From assembly GCA_963796285.1 (NCBI GenBank), contig CAWCKW010000013.1, positions 160,001-224,000 of the forward strand: 64,000 bases of DNA, in the 5' to 3' direction. Below, one piece after another: positions 1 to 10,616 of the stretch. Each line of letters opens with the position of its first letter. Position 1 is the stretch's first letter. A program made the translations under genes and the position numbers. Below the pieces are notes generated by a model, which saw only the letters and a list, made by a program, of their open reading frames with translations, made no database searches and had not been told where the DNA came from. The stretch comes from Nitrospirota bacterium. Lineage in GTDB: Bacteria; Nitrospirota; UBA9217.

Positions 1-160
1 GAAATAAAGACAAGGCAATGATCAAATAGTATATATTCATGATCAATTTAAAATTCTGCAACTCCGCCGCATTTTTCTTGATTTCTAATGAATAGAAGTA
101 ACCGATCAAGAGAATTATTAACAGAAAAGTTATAATTTTTATTGTTTTTATTCTATTCAC
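1..160 (-). CDS. 5' part of a membrane protein running off the window, possibly a UPF0104/lysylphosphatidylglycerol synthase TM-domain flippase
   Basis: Manual translation from GTG at 160: MNRIKTIKIITFLLIILLIGYFYSLEIKKNAAELQNFKLIMNIYYLIIALSLF, two hydrophobic helices; glycosylation cluster context. Confidence 0.45.
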   Translation of the reverse strand, partial: MNRIKTIKIITFLLIILLIGYFYSLEIKKNAAELQNFKLIMNIYYLIIALSLF

Positions 161-209
161 GGGTTAATGGTTATAGCAGATTGTTGTGATTATTGAAGAA
201 ATCCCTTCC

Positions 210-1026
210 TTATGCCGACGTTGTAATCTTCCTGAAACGCCTGAAGTGTCTTAATATAAAATCTTCGCTAAGCCGATTGTCATTTCTATGCTTCCAATCG
301 TAAATAAATTGGTGCCCGCAATTTAAATCCGCGCTGAAATAGCGGATGGTTTCAAAGTTGTTCTCCTTAGCGATCCTTTCGATGTAGAAGGGAGAAGGAC
401 GGCTTCCTTTAATTCCTTCCAGAGCCTCTTCATCGATATCTTTATTCTCCTCACAAAAGAATATCTTATAGGGGTCAGTTGAATCAGACACAACTGATTC
501 GAACAAAATATCGTCAGACATCCGAAAGCAGCAGTTTAAATGCTCATTACTTTCTTCAAATGGTAAAGAAGTCCGAAATTTATGATTAAATCAAACTTGC
601 CAAATTCGGAGAAATCATTTTCCAAATTAAAATGTTTGCATTTGAAATTTGCGATCTTGCGGTGTTTAAGGCTGGCATAATTAACATTCTCCTCAATCCT
701 CCTTATTTAGGCACAGAACGTTCGCGCCGAGTTCGGCAACACTGAATCTCTCCCGCCATGGCCACTACCTAGTTCCAAAATCTTTTTGCCTTCGAAAAAA
801 TAATCGACACCATAGAGTTCTAGAATTTTATTTATACGTTTTATTCTCAATCTTCATAAGAAGGATGGAAAAGACCTTCTTTATTATAAACAGCACTTAG
901 AAAAATATGTTTATCAACCGGGGACAATTTAACATTACGTAATTCAGACTCAATTCTTTTAAAGACATTTGGCGCCAATAATCTCTTGGCGACAGCTCGA
1001 TATATTTTTTTTATTATCGATGACAT
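210..1026 (-). pseudogene. Class I SAM-dependent methyltransferase split by several frameshifts (possibly sequencing errors)
   Basis: ORF pieces 847-1026 and 210-521; the intervening frame reads RIKRINKILELYGVDYFFEGKKILELGSGHG (SAM motif I); AAGGA RBS before ATG at 1026. Confidence 0.6.
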
Positions 1027-1086
1027 GTTAGATCCTTTCTGTAACCCATAAAAAATAAGCTCTAATTTGCTAAACAAAACCCATCC

Positions 1087-2351
1087 TCAGGATATCATGC
1101 CCTTTTCATTAAACGCCCTCAAGCCATCTTTGACGCATCTCGCTATCATATGAACTTCTTCCTCGTTAAGGCCCGGGCCCAGCGGGAGAGTGACTACCTC
1201 GTCGGCCGCTTCGGCCGCATGAGGGAAGTGGCTCCGGCTTAAGCCTGCGGGAAGTCGAAAAAGCGTACTCGTATCGATGCCGTGCCCCCGCAGGTAATGG
1301 CACATTGCATTGCGCACAGAAGAGGGAAGCCGAACGGGAAAATGACTTTGCGGCAGTGCGTTGCCTCCGGGGCCGGGGACAATACCGGACTCGACCAGGA
1401 GACGGGAAATAAATTTCAAGCCTGGCGGTGTCGAAGGTCGGCGTTATTCACCGCACCTACGCAGATTGTGAAGCGCAAGGTCTACGATTTAGCGCAGTCA
1501 TCGGACGTGTCCACTCCGGAGGAAGTTCGCGTGCAGACTGTCCTGGAAATGGCTCGGCAAGGAACTCCCCCTGCGTTATCTGCGGAGGACCTTGTTCAAT
1601 TGGCAGAGGCGGTTGCGTTTTTGTACATCTGATAAAGATGCCGCTCATGCAGAGAGCCCGTAGAGGTCGCCGCTGATTCATCGCGACCTGGAGGAGAAAC
1701 GAACCGCTGCGCCGAAATCGAAGACTGAGTGACTCCGGGGCGATCCAGCGATCCCTTATCTCTCTGACCCTGTCTGCAAGGTCAATATCCCGAAAGCACG
1801 CGATGCCCCCCCAGCCGGCGTACATGGGCTTGCCCCAGCCGAAACTGAACAGCGCAATATCCCCAGCCTCCAATTGTCGCATCCTTTCGGGAGATGGAAT
1901 GCTCATGGCCATGTCGAGGACCCGTACGCGTGGCCCTTTCTGCGGCATCCCTTCCTGAGCATTTCCCTGGTCGTATGCGATGCCGTAGACTTCGCTCAGC
2001 ACGAGGGCGCACCCCGGCTCAGTGGCGGCGTAGATAGCGTCAGATGACATCAGGAAAGAACCGGGCGCCGTATCGACCAGTTTTATGTGCTCCTGCTCTG
2101 AGACATAGCTTCGATGCACTGGTGCAGCATGTATAAGCCGGACCTACCGCAAACGAACCGGGTCCATTCGCGGCCTGGATCGACATATGGATTCCCGCGC
2201 GCACGCTGGGGAGCAAAATCACTGCGCCCACGCCGAGCGTATCTGCGTAGGCCTTCTCAAGGTCCGGCATGCTGATATCAGGCGTCAGCGATACCAGGAC
2301 GGATAAGACTTTCCTGATACCGCCAAAGGGCAGGCTATGACGAGGAATCAT
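1087..2351 (-). pseudogene. DegT/DnrJ/EryC1/StrS-family PLP-dependent aminotransferase, frameshifted
   Basis: Pieces MIPRHSLPF..LPSVRAGI..VGPAYTC, ALFSFGWGKPMYAGWGG (PLP-lysine motif) and C-terminal FPHAAEAADEVVTLPLGPGLNEEEV lie in different frames. Confidence 0.65.
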
Positions 2352-3232
2352 GACGATTGCTTTCTGGCAATTAACACGAAGGCCGGGCGCCAGGTTATAC
2401 CTGAAAACCCGCCAGGCAATGCGGCCAATTGCGTAGGCTGTCCTCACCTTGATGCTGTTGTGACGCAGGGGCATGGCGTCACGCTGGGACGTATAAACGA
2501 CTTCGAATCCCTGCTGCTCCTATCACACGCAGAAGCGACCGGACCGGGATCGAGACCCTGTGGTCGTACACCGCTTTTTCGCAGAGGCGCCGGCCCGCTT
2601 CGGGAAAACACCGGTGCAGCCAAAGCCCCATTTGAACTGCCCAGGACGTATCAACCACCCCGCATCACAAGCAGCCCTGCGCATCCGAACGAAGCCGCGA
2701 GTGAATAGCGCGCAGTTCCTTCACCTGGCTGGGCGACCAACAGTTGCAGTCAAGAACGGAGATTATGCCCTGAGGTTTTCGGGAATATCAAGATCGCCTA
2801 CGGAGGCGCCGCGGCTGCATGCGACGCCCAGGCTGCGCACGTATCGACCGCCTCGGGAACTATGTCCCTTCCCTGTACCTGGAAGCCTTCGGCGCGTGCA
2901 CGCTTCAGAAACCCTCCGTACGAACATCCGACATCCAGAAGGGTGCTTCCCTTCGGCGCGTACCGCCTGAGCGAACGAAGAATGGCGTCGTACATCGGGC
3001 CTTTATCATGGCACATTTCGATGCCGCTTGCCTGCATGCCCCACGGTCTCGTTCGGGTGTGTTCGATTTCGCCATCGGCGTTATAACCTTCCGCGGCAAA
3101 GAAGGACCGGCATCCGGGGCATTTCGCCCAGGACTGTTTTCCACGGGGAGTATCGAGGACGATCGCAGATACAAGCCTCATATCGAGTTTGATGTCGCAA
3201 ACAGGGCAATTCAGTAAGTCGTTCTTTATCAT
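2348..3232 (-). pseudogene. Class I SAM-dependent methyltransferase with N-terminal CxxC pairs, frameshifted
   Basis: CPVC...CPGC, then LLDVGCSYGGFL; 3' part continues in other frames to an ATGA overlap at 2348-2351. Confidence 0.65.
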
Positions 3233-3290
3233 CGTGAATGGCTATCAACCGGGCCGGCATTGTTCATTGAAACAGTCCCAGCGTTATCGC

Positions 3291-4276
3291 TCAGAATCCG
3301 GTATCTTTCATGAAAAATTGGTAAAGAGCACTGTTCCGAAATTTTTTTCGCATTGCATCTGATACCTTCATCAAGGGAGACATATAAATGCGCACTGGTT
3401 TCTTTTGCGGAGAAAAACCATTTTTAAAATGAATAACTCCCTCTCGTCCGTTACTGGGCATAAAATCATATAACAGGAAGCCCTTTTCACAGGCATCTTG
3501 TATAATATAATACTGCAACACATGAAAGGCGTTTAGTTTGTAAAATTCCTGCAATGTCGCCCCATTCCAGCCTGCGACGTGCTTGTTGTGATAGAAATTC
3601 AACGCACCTGATATTACCTGACCCCGATATTTGGCCAGCCACAGTTTTATATGCGGAGATTTTTTTCTAAACATGATTTCAAATAATTCCCATCTGTACG
3701 TATTGGTGGCGTCTTGCCTGCCGGACCAAAAAAGCTAGATATACCTCAAAAAAGGATTTCCAATCATCTTCTGTCGAAGCCAATTCCACGGTTATCCCTT
3801 CACGGATCCCTTTCCTCACAGCGCTGGAATGCCCGATGGTCCATTTTTTTAAAATCGACTCGAACCCTTCGCGCAAATCCAATACCTGGGTAAAATCTTC
3901 ATCAGTAAATCCATCAAATTGATTCGTTAAAGTATCATATGGATTAACGACGCAATACGCTATTCCGACCTTTTAATACTTCAAAAAGCTCTCTTTTCTC
4001 ACCGGCATCCAATTCATCATTCGTAAGAAATCCTCCCATGCCTTTTGGAGCAAGAAAATACACTTTAACCAGACCTTTCAACAGGTTTATGTGCGCAAGG
4101 GGCAAAACCACTTTTCCCCCGTTGTCCAAGTGGATGAGTCGCGTATCACTTTCAAAGCCTGCATAGGTCGCCCAGATATCGAACCATTCCCTGGTCTGAA
4201 AATAAACAGCGGATTCCACCCTCTCGACGATATCATCCCATTCTTCATTCGATGCTTTCCCGATGCTTTTTATCAC
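3291..4276 (-). pseudogene. GNAT/FemAB-like acetyltransferase (CelD/BcsL type), frameshifted
   Basis: Three consecutive ORF pieces: WDDIVERVESAVYFQTREW, VLDLREGFESI..AVRKGIREG and IIQDACEKGFLLYDF..GVIHFKNGF. Confidence 0.65.
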
Positions 4277-4305
4277 TTCATCTCCCGCTTTACGCGCCAG
4301 TGAAA

Positions 4306-5458
4306 TTAATTTTGGCGCTGCGCCGAGCCAAGGTCCAGCCATTTTTGAATCGCGTTTTCCATGTCAAATTGACGATAAGCCTTTGCAATGCTTTCCCTGA
4401 AATACTCTTTATCCCTTGTCAACGCCTCTATCATGGCGGCCGCCAGAGCGTCCGGGGTAACCTCCTTGGCAACGATTCCGCACTTGTATTCCCGTATAAA
4501 GCCCTCTAAATCACCGACCGGCATGGCAACGACCGGTGTGCCTATTTGGAGGGTCTCGGAAAATACGATGGGAAAACTTTCAATCCTGGACGGGATTACA
4601 AAAAAAGAAACGCTGTCCAGATAATTTGAAAATTCCTGGGCGCGAATAGGGCCGTGTAAATCGATATATTTCTCCAGCCGCAACTCCGAGATCATTTTTC
4701 CCAAATCCTCTTTTAAGGGACCGGGCCCGAACATATGGAGCCGGATGGATTCCCTGATTTCCTGGGGCAGGCAGGCGATCGCTTTTATGAGCAGGTCGGG
4801 GCCCTTGTTTACGTGGTAGCGTCCGGTAAACAAGAAATGCGTTAATTTCACCGAATCCGATGAAAACAGTTTTTCATTCGGAGAAGGGAGTTTTCTGCTT
4901 GAGGGAAGGTATGCGCAGGGCACGCCCGTAAGGTCCTCGATATCCTTACACAATTGAAAACCGTCGGCATATACCCTGTCGGCTTTTTTCATGACGAGCT
5001 TCAATATCAATTTTCCCATAAGGGGGACCTTCCTGATTTTCCAGATATCCGACCCCAACGCCCAGATATCGTATGGAACATTATTTTTCAGTTTTCCCGC
5101 CAATCCGAAAATCCCGGAAGGGACGGCCCATACACAGAGAGTTCTCTCAATTTTATAATTGTTGTTTATCTGCAGAGTATTTTGTATCCCTTTTATAAAA
5201 AAAAAGAAAAACCCACCAGTTTTTCGGGTTCAAGAGGTTCATCGATGCCAGTTCCTGATCCCCGCCCGCCCAGGGTGTGGGAACGACCGAAATGCCGCGG
5301 TCCGGTTCATACGCACGCTTCCGCGCAGCCGGCTGCACTACAACGTTGTGTCCGCGGCTGGCGAGTTCCAGAGCAAATTGACGCACAAACAGCCCTGCGG
5401 TCCCTGTCGGGTCATCGGAGTATGCTGGATAGGAACTTGTAATGATCTGAACATTCAT
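4306..5458 (-). CDS. Glycosyltransferase family 4 (GT-B), frameshifted near 5150-5200
   Basis: N-terminal MNVQIITSSYP..GTAGLFV; C-terminal GRYHVNKGPD and PSRIESFPIVFSE (EX7E motif); the break is near a long A run. Confidence 0.8.
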
Positions 5459-5656
5459 TCTGAACTCCTTAAAGCCTTTGCAGGTGGCTCCAATAAGTGG
5501 TTTCAGACTAGAATGAAACAAATCTACCCGCTGAACGTTTTTATGTTTTCCGGAATATCGGGAAAGGAGAACCCCCGTCAGCGACGATCACTCTGTGTGG
5601 AAGGCCAACTGCTAATATTAACAGTAATGAGACGCGTTCATGAGTTTTCAAGGGGA

Positions 5657-6613
5657 TCAGTCGGCCTTGATATTCTTTTCGTTTTCCTTTTTCCTCAATC
5701 TATATTGTACGTCTTCCATTAATCGTCTGTTCACCGCCAGTAGATCGGCGAGGAAAGCCACCAGCATCGTTTGAAACCCTATCCCCAGAAGAATGGAAGC
5801 AAAAATCAGCGATTGAACATGACCGGCGCCTCCATCCCGAAAGTAATAGTAAAGAAATCTGAGCCCGATGATAAAACCCGCGCTGAACAAGAGGAGACCA
5901 ATTGTCATGAAAAAACGAAACGGTTTGTATACGACAAAAATCCGGACTATGGCGACAATCGATTTTCTCAGGTAGCTTGGTATGCTTTTTACCAAACGGG
6001 AGGGTCTTAACTCTTCATTTACGCGGACCGGCACCGAGATAATGGCCATATTCTTCTGTCCGGCCTCGATGATGGTCTCGAGAGTATAGGTATAGTCATT
6101 GAATACATTCAGACGAAGCGCCGCCTCCCGGCTCATCGCCCGAAATCCGCTCGGAGCGTCGGGGACAGCGGTTTTGCTCGCCCGTCTTACTACCCAGCTT
6201 CCCAATTTCTGCAGTTGCCTTTTAATCAGCGAGAAATGTTTCATTTCAGAAATGGGCCTGACCCCGATAACAAGGTCCGCTTTTTTATCCAGTATCGGTT
6301 TTGTCAATAACGGGATATCCTTTGCGTTGTATTGATTGTCCGCATCCGTATTCACAATAACATCTGCTCCAAGTTTTATGCACGCGTCCAGCCCTGCCAT
6401 GAAAATGCACGCCAATCCCTGATTCTTCGCAAAACTGACAACATGATCGGCTCCATTTGCCTTTGCCACCTCCGCGGTGTTGTCCGTGCTTCCATCATTA
6501 ATGATCAACCACTCGACCCTGTCGAAACCTTCCACATGCCGCGGCAATGCCTTCAAGGTAACGGCTAAGGTTTCCGCTTCGTTGTAGCACGGTATTTGGA
6601 TGAGAAGTCTAAT
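5657..6613 (-). CDS. Glycosyltransferase family 2 with two C-terminal TM helices (polyprenol-phosphate glycosyltransferase type)
   Basis: LLIQIPCYNE, NDGSTD, NQGL, NTDADNQY and DAPSGFRA motifs; the ORF extends in frame to ATT at 6613, which follows GGAGG. Confidence 0.88.
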   Translation of the reverse strand: MRLLIQIPCYNEAETLAVTLKALPRHVEGFDRVEWLIINDGSTDNTAEVAKANGADHVVSFAKNQGLACIFMAGLDACIKLGADVIVNTDADNQYNAKDIPLLTKPILDKKADLVIGVRPISEMKHFSLIKRQLQKLGSWVVRRASKTAVPDAPSGFRAMSREAALRLNVFNDYTYTLETIIEAGQKNMAIISVPVRVNEELRPSRLVKSIPSYLRKSIVAIVRIFVVYKPFRFFMTIGLLLFSAGFIIGLRFLYYYFRDGGAGHVQSLIFASILLGIGFQTMLVAFLADLLAVNRRLMEDVQYRLRKKENEKNIKAD

Positions 6614-6703
6614 TTTTGCCTCCAGTTACCAGGAATGTTATGAATTTTAAGACAAATACAAGTGGCGGTTACGAATGGTCCTGATTTAAGAGTAAGGAGT
6701 GTG

Positions 6704-8881
6704 CTAACGCCTCTCTTTATGTGCAAGCCTTGTATCTCTTTGCCTATCCATCTGTCGGGAGATAATTTCATTCGTGGGATTCCTTAAGTCAGTGCCTTTC
6801 GTCGCTGTTATTTTAAATTCTTTTACGCGCTCGAGTCTGTTATCATCATTAATTAACGTGTCATCGGTAAAGCCTATTTTAATCAAGACAAATGCCAGAC
6901 CCCTTTCAGCAGCTCTTCGCTTAAGATATAAAACATCACTCAGGTGTAATTCTACCGTAACATTTTGTCCATTTTTATATCCGATTGGGACTTTAAAAGA
7001 TTCTTCGAAAAGTCCATTTTTAGAAATCTTATAGAAATATCGAAGTTTATCATCCAGGCTAATTGATAAAATGACATTATCGCTTTTAAATAATTCATGA
7101 TTCAGTATTTTAATACATATATAAAATAAATTTTGCTTTTCGTATTTCAATAGAACTGCTGAATTACTAGTAGCCCATTGATATTCCTTCTCATAACCAT
7201 TAAAGGTCAACCCTCTTATATACGGATAATCGGCTTTTGTTAAATCAATGAAGGATTGAACAGCCCCTTTTTTTTCTTCTTCCGTAAATTCTTGATATGG
7301 GTAAAGATGATCGATCTTATATAGGCGACAATAGTTATTTGCTTCTATTAATTTATAATCAGCTCGACTTAAGACATTATCTATTTTTTTTGGATCTTTA
7401 ATATGGTCTATTCTTTCATCGACGAAATAATTTTCCTCATCATTAAATTTGCCATAGTCGTAAATATTTTCAATATTGTAAAACCTTCGTCCTGATAAAA
7501 AAGACAAAACAGGGCACTGCAACCAATTTACACCATAAATTGTTGCATTCGAAGGTAATTGTGATATTTTTTTGGCAATATCATCCAGGGCTATCTTATC
7601 CGGGCTGGGACTGTCATCAGCTTTTAGTGGAATATTTCGCCTGTTGTTATACAGCTGTGCAGCCAACGTGATAATCAGCATAACACTCAAACTACTCAAG
7701 AGGATCAGACTAATATTACTAAAATTAAGGTGGCGCTTGTTGTTTCTCACGGTCTTGACTAGAGGCAAAAGATATAATAAAGTTAAACCCAAAAGAATCA
7801 TACTTGAAATATCCAGCAAGATGATCCCATTGATAATTCGTCGATTCCATACCTTACTCGTAGGCGTAAGAACTATCCACCATAAAACATATGAGATGGA
7901 TGTTCCAAATAATATCAGATAACTTAAAGATATCTTTTGACGCCATTTGCGCATTGTAGATATAAAATAATGGATAAACATCACGCAAGGGACGAATATA
8001 AGATAAATGCTTCCGATAAATGGTATTCCAAAGTTTACACTTAAAATAATTAAATGTATTTCTATCTTCTCGAATAGAGAGGGAGTATCTGCAAGCCCTT
8101 TTACTACCCCTGCTTGTGGAGCTATGGCATACAGTTCTTCATTCCACCAATACATATAATCCTTAAGCCCGAGCACTGTAAGTTTCCATACTTCAAATAA
8201 GGAAATTGTTAATAGTCCGCCAAGCGCAATAAGAATGTACATCTTCCTTGACAACTTTTTAGTGAAGAAAACATCGACTAAAATCACTGCAAACAAGGAC
8301 GGCAGAAAGATTAATATTACAGTCTTTGTCAAGTAAGCCAATCCCCAAGCCACTCCTGTAAGCACTGCTAATAATACGGGATTATGATTCTTATTTGTTT
8401 CTAATGCATTGAATAAGCACAAACCGGCCATAAAATAAAATAATGCGGGTATTTCACCATATCCACGAAGACCGAAGCGAAACAAATACGGAATATATAT
8501 AATAATGACCACGGTTAATAGCCCAACCCATTTATTCGTAACGTTTTTTACAAAAATAAACGTTACGAGTAAACATAATATCAAATATACAGCATTAGGT
8601 ATTTGGGCGGTGAAGGATGAAACGCCACCTAAACGAAAAGCTAAGGCTATGGGCAATAAGAGCGGACTACCGGACTGCACAACGTTATCAAAATCAATAT
8701 AACCATCATAATTTGTCGCATATCGTCCGTGTTGTAATAAGTTCAGTGGTACCTGTACATTCATTGCGCCATCAAATGAAAGTGGCGTCGAATAAATATG
8801 CGCTCTTACATGATAAGCGAGGAATAACAGCAGGATTAGCAATAAGGAATAAGTTATAACGTCGCCAGTTCTTTCTTTCAT
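6704..8881 (-). CDS. Multi-TM GT-C (ArnT/PMT-like) glycosyltransferase with a C-terminal soluble domain
   Basis: 725 aa with about 12 hydrophobic helices; FDGAMN after TM1, GEIPALFY and GLAYLTK motifs; AT-rich. Confidence 0.65.
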   Translation of the reverse strand: MKERTGDVITYSLLLILLLFLAYHVRAHIYSTPLSFDGAMNVQVPLNLLQHGRYATNYDGYIDFDNVVQSGSPLLLPIALAFRLGGVSSFTAQIPNAVYLILCLLVTFIFVKNVTNKWVGLLTVVIIIYIPYLFRFGLRGYGEIPALFYFMAGLCLFNALETNKNHNPVLLAVLTGVAWGLAYLTKTVILIFLPSLFAVILVDVFFTKKLSRKMYILIALGGLLTISLFEVWKLTVLGLKDYMYWWNEELYAIAPQAGVVKGLADTPSLFEKIEIHLIILSVNFGIPFIGSIYLIFVPCVMFIHYFISTMRKWRQKISLSYLILFGTSISYVLWWIVLTPTSKVWNRRIINGIILLDISSMILLGLTLLYLLPLVKTVRNNKRHLNFSNISLILLSSLSVMLIITLAAQLYNNRRNIPLKADDSPSPDKIALDDIAKKISQLPSNATIYGVNWLQCPVLSFLSGRRFYNIENIYDYGKFNDEENYFVDERIDHIKDPKKIDNVLSRADYKLIEANNYCRLYKIDHLYPYQEFTEEEKKGAVQSFIDLTKADYPYIRGLTFNGYEKEYQWATSNSAVLLKYEKQNLFYICIKILNHELFKSDNVILSISLDDKLRYFYKISKNGLFEESFKVPIGYKNGQNVTVELHLSDVLYLKRRAAERGLAFVLIKIGFTDDTLINDDNRLERVKEFKITATKGTDLRNPTNEIISRQMDRQRDTRLAHKERR

Positions 8882-9250
8882 AACCTTCTTTACCCTATCA
8901 GCTTCTAAGCGACCTTTCTTCGGTTTCCGGCGCTTTCCTTGCTATGCAATTGAGCTCTTAGAAAAATATTGCGAAATATCAATTGAAACAACCAATCATG
9001 AACGGCAATAAAAAACAAATGCTCAGTCAACCGAATACTTAGCGTATAGGCTTCTTTCTGAACGCATCTTTATAGAAAGAAACTGGTTGGACTAAGTCGT
9101 TACGCGCCACACGGCAATGGGATTTCAAATGATTATTCTTTAATGCTTGCAGCGTCAATTTCATTTGTTGTGTTGTATATGCACATGCAGGGTTTCTGGC
9201 TGCTAACGTACTATAAATGCAAAGATATGTCAAAGATATTCAAGCTGTTC

Positions 9251-9520
9251 CTGCAATTCAGACAATGTGAGCCAGAAAGCTTATAGAAGAAATACATTCA
9301 CGATAGTTTTTACGGAAATCAGATTTCGCTAGGCTGTGGATGCGAAGGTAATCAGGATTTTTCTGCATCGAGTGAATCTATGTCTGAATTAGAAACAAGA
9401 ATCGTCAGACAGCGTTTCGGGGGATGCCGGCTGTGCCGATGTATCGTCATGATAAGGCAAGCGATAGACCTCTGCAATTCCATGGCGCTCGGGGATTCGT
9501 GGTTACTGTCTGAATTGCAG
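9251..9520. repeat. 14-bp perfect inverted repeat pair with internal partial copies
   Basis: CTGCAATTCAGACA (9251-9264) and TGTCTGAATTGCAG (9507-9520); TGTCTGAATT at 9381 and TCAGACA at 9405. Confidence 0.55.
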
Positions 9521-9587
9521 TTGTTTTCCTTCCTCCTTGTTTTTAGACGCTTAATGCAGTAGAATATCTCTCGACGCTGAGGATACC

Positions 9588-10217
9588 ATGGACCCCTATT
9601 CCAAAGACCAACTTCTGTCGTTCTACAATTTTCATCTGAAAAAATTCGGCGACCGGCCCGAGGCTCTACGCTGGACACCGCAGGGCCAGCTCAAGCGATA
9701 CCATATGCTCGCTGACATTGCGCCCGCGCGGGACCTGAACAACGCAACTGTGCTCGACTACGGATGCGGGACCGGGGACTTTTATAAATTCTTGAAGCGT
9801 CGGGGAATCAACGTGAAGTATACGGGAGTGGACATCAACGAAAACTTCATCAACCTGGCGAAAAGCAAGTACCCCGAGTGCACCTTCAAGGTCATGAACG
9901 CTGATGACGACCGGTTCGAGGGGTTCTATGACTATATCTTCATCTGCGGCGTATTCAATTTGCAGGTCCCCGGCGTTGACGATGATCTGAAGAACGCATT
10001 GGTCACGCTCTTCAGGCACTGCAACAAAGGCCTGGCGTTGAGCGCCCTCTCGTCGCACACGCCCGTCAAGGACCCCGAACTCCACTTCACCTCACCTGGT
10101 GAGATGGTTAAGTTCTCCCTCGAGAACCTGTCGCCCTCCATCGCCCTCAGGCATGACCGGATCCAGTACGACTTTACCCTCTATGTGTATACTGCGTTGA
10201 ATGAGGTCGAGTTGTGA
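9588..10217 (+). CDS. Class I SAM-dependent methyltransferase
   Basis: VLDYGCGTG and YTGVDIN motifs; GAGGA RBS. Confidence 0.85.
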   Translation: MDPYSKDQLLSFYNFHLKKFGDRPEALRWTPQGQLKRYHMLADIAPARDLNNATVLDYGCGTGDFYKFLKRRGINVKYTGVDINENFINLAKSKYPECTFKVMNADDDRFEGFYDYIFICGVFNLQVPGVDDDLKNALVTLFRHCNKGLALSALSSHTPVKDPELHFTSPGEMVKFSLENLSPSIALRHDRIQYDFTLYVYTALNEVEL

Positions 10218-10304
10218 TGTCAACCACGAGATTCCGCACTTATGCTGATCGCTTCCTGTCTTGACGTCACTTGAGCGGTAAAATAAAACAATTACTCAGG
10301 CCTG

Positions 10305-10519
10305 TCTCGCGCAAAGCCGTACCCTGCTGTTGCCATAACGCGGGCATAAACCAAGAGCGCAAAGAAAAGCAATCCCCCTTACAGATTGAGGGTAAAGATC
10401 CGTCGCTACCTTCAAGGAGTTCAATCCTTGAGTTGAGAAGTCATCCCGGCAATAATGCACAACCTAAGCAGATACATTTATTCATTCTTTCTTTGCGTCT
10501 TTGCGCCTTTGCGCGAAAA
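10305..10519. repeat. Periodic inverted-repeat element (CGCAAAG/CTTTGCG units, 8-bp period)
   Basis: Left arm tctcgcgcaaagccg...ccaagagcgcaaag; right arm ctttgcgt ctttgcgc ctttgcgcgaaa. Confidence 0.7.
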
Positions 10520-10616
10520 AAGGTTTTAATTAAATCATGGTTATGTTGCTCTGAAACTTCCCGAGAAGTTTCAAAAAGAGCCCATAACTCGGCATAACCA
10601 CGGACGCTCTGTTCGA

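Noticed and set aside
847-849. In-frame TGA as selenocysteine or recoded Trp
   Set aside because: The frame after TGA hits TAA immediately; the protein continues in a shifted frame, which fits a missing G.
10271-10597. 108-aa ORF
   Set aside because: Runs through the periodic repeat element (LRLCAFAR is translated repeat); no RBS or motif.
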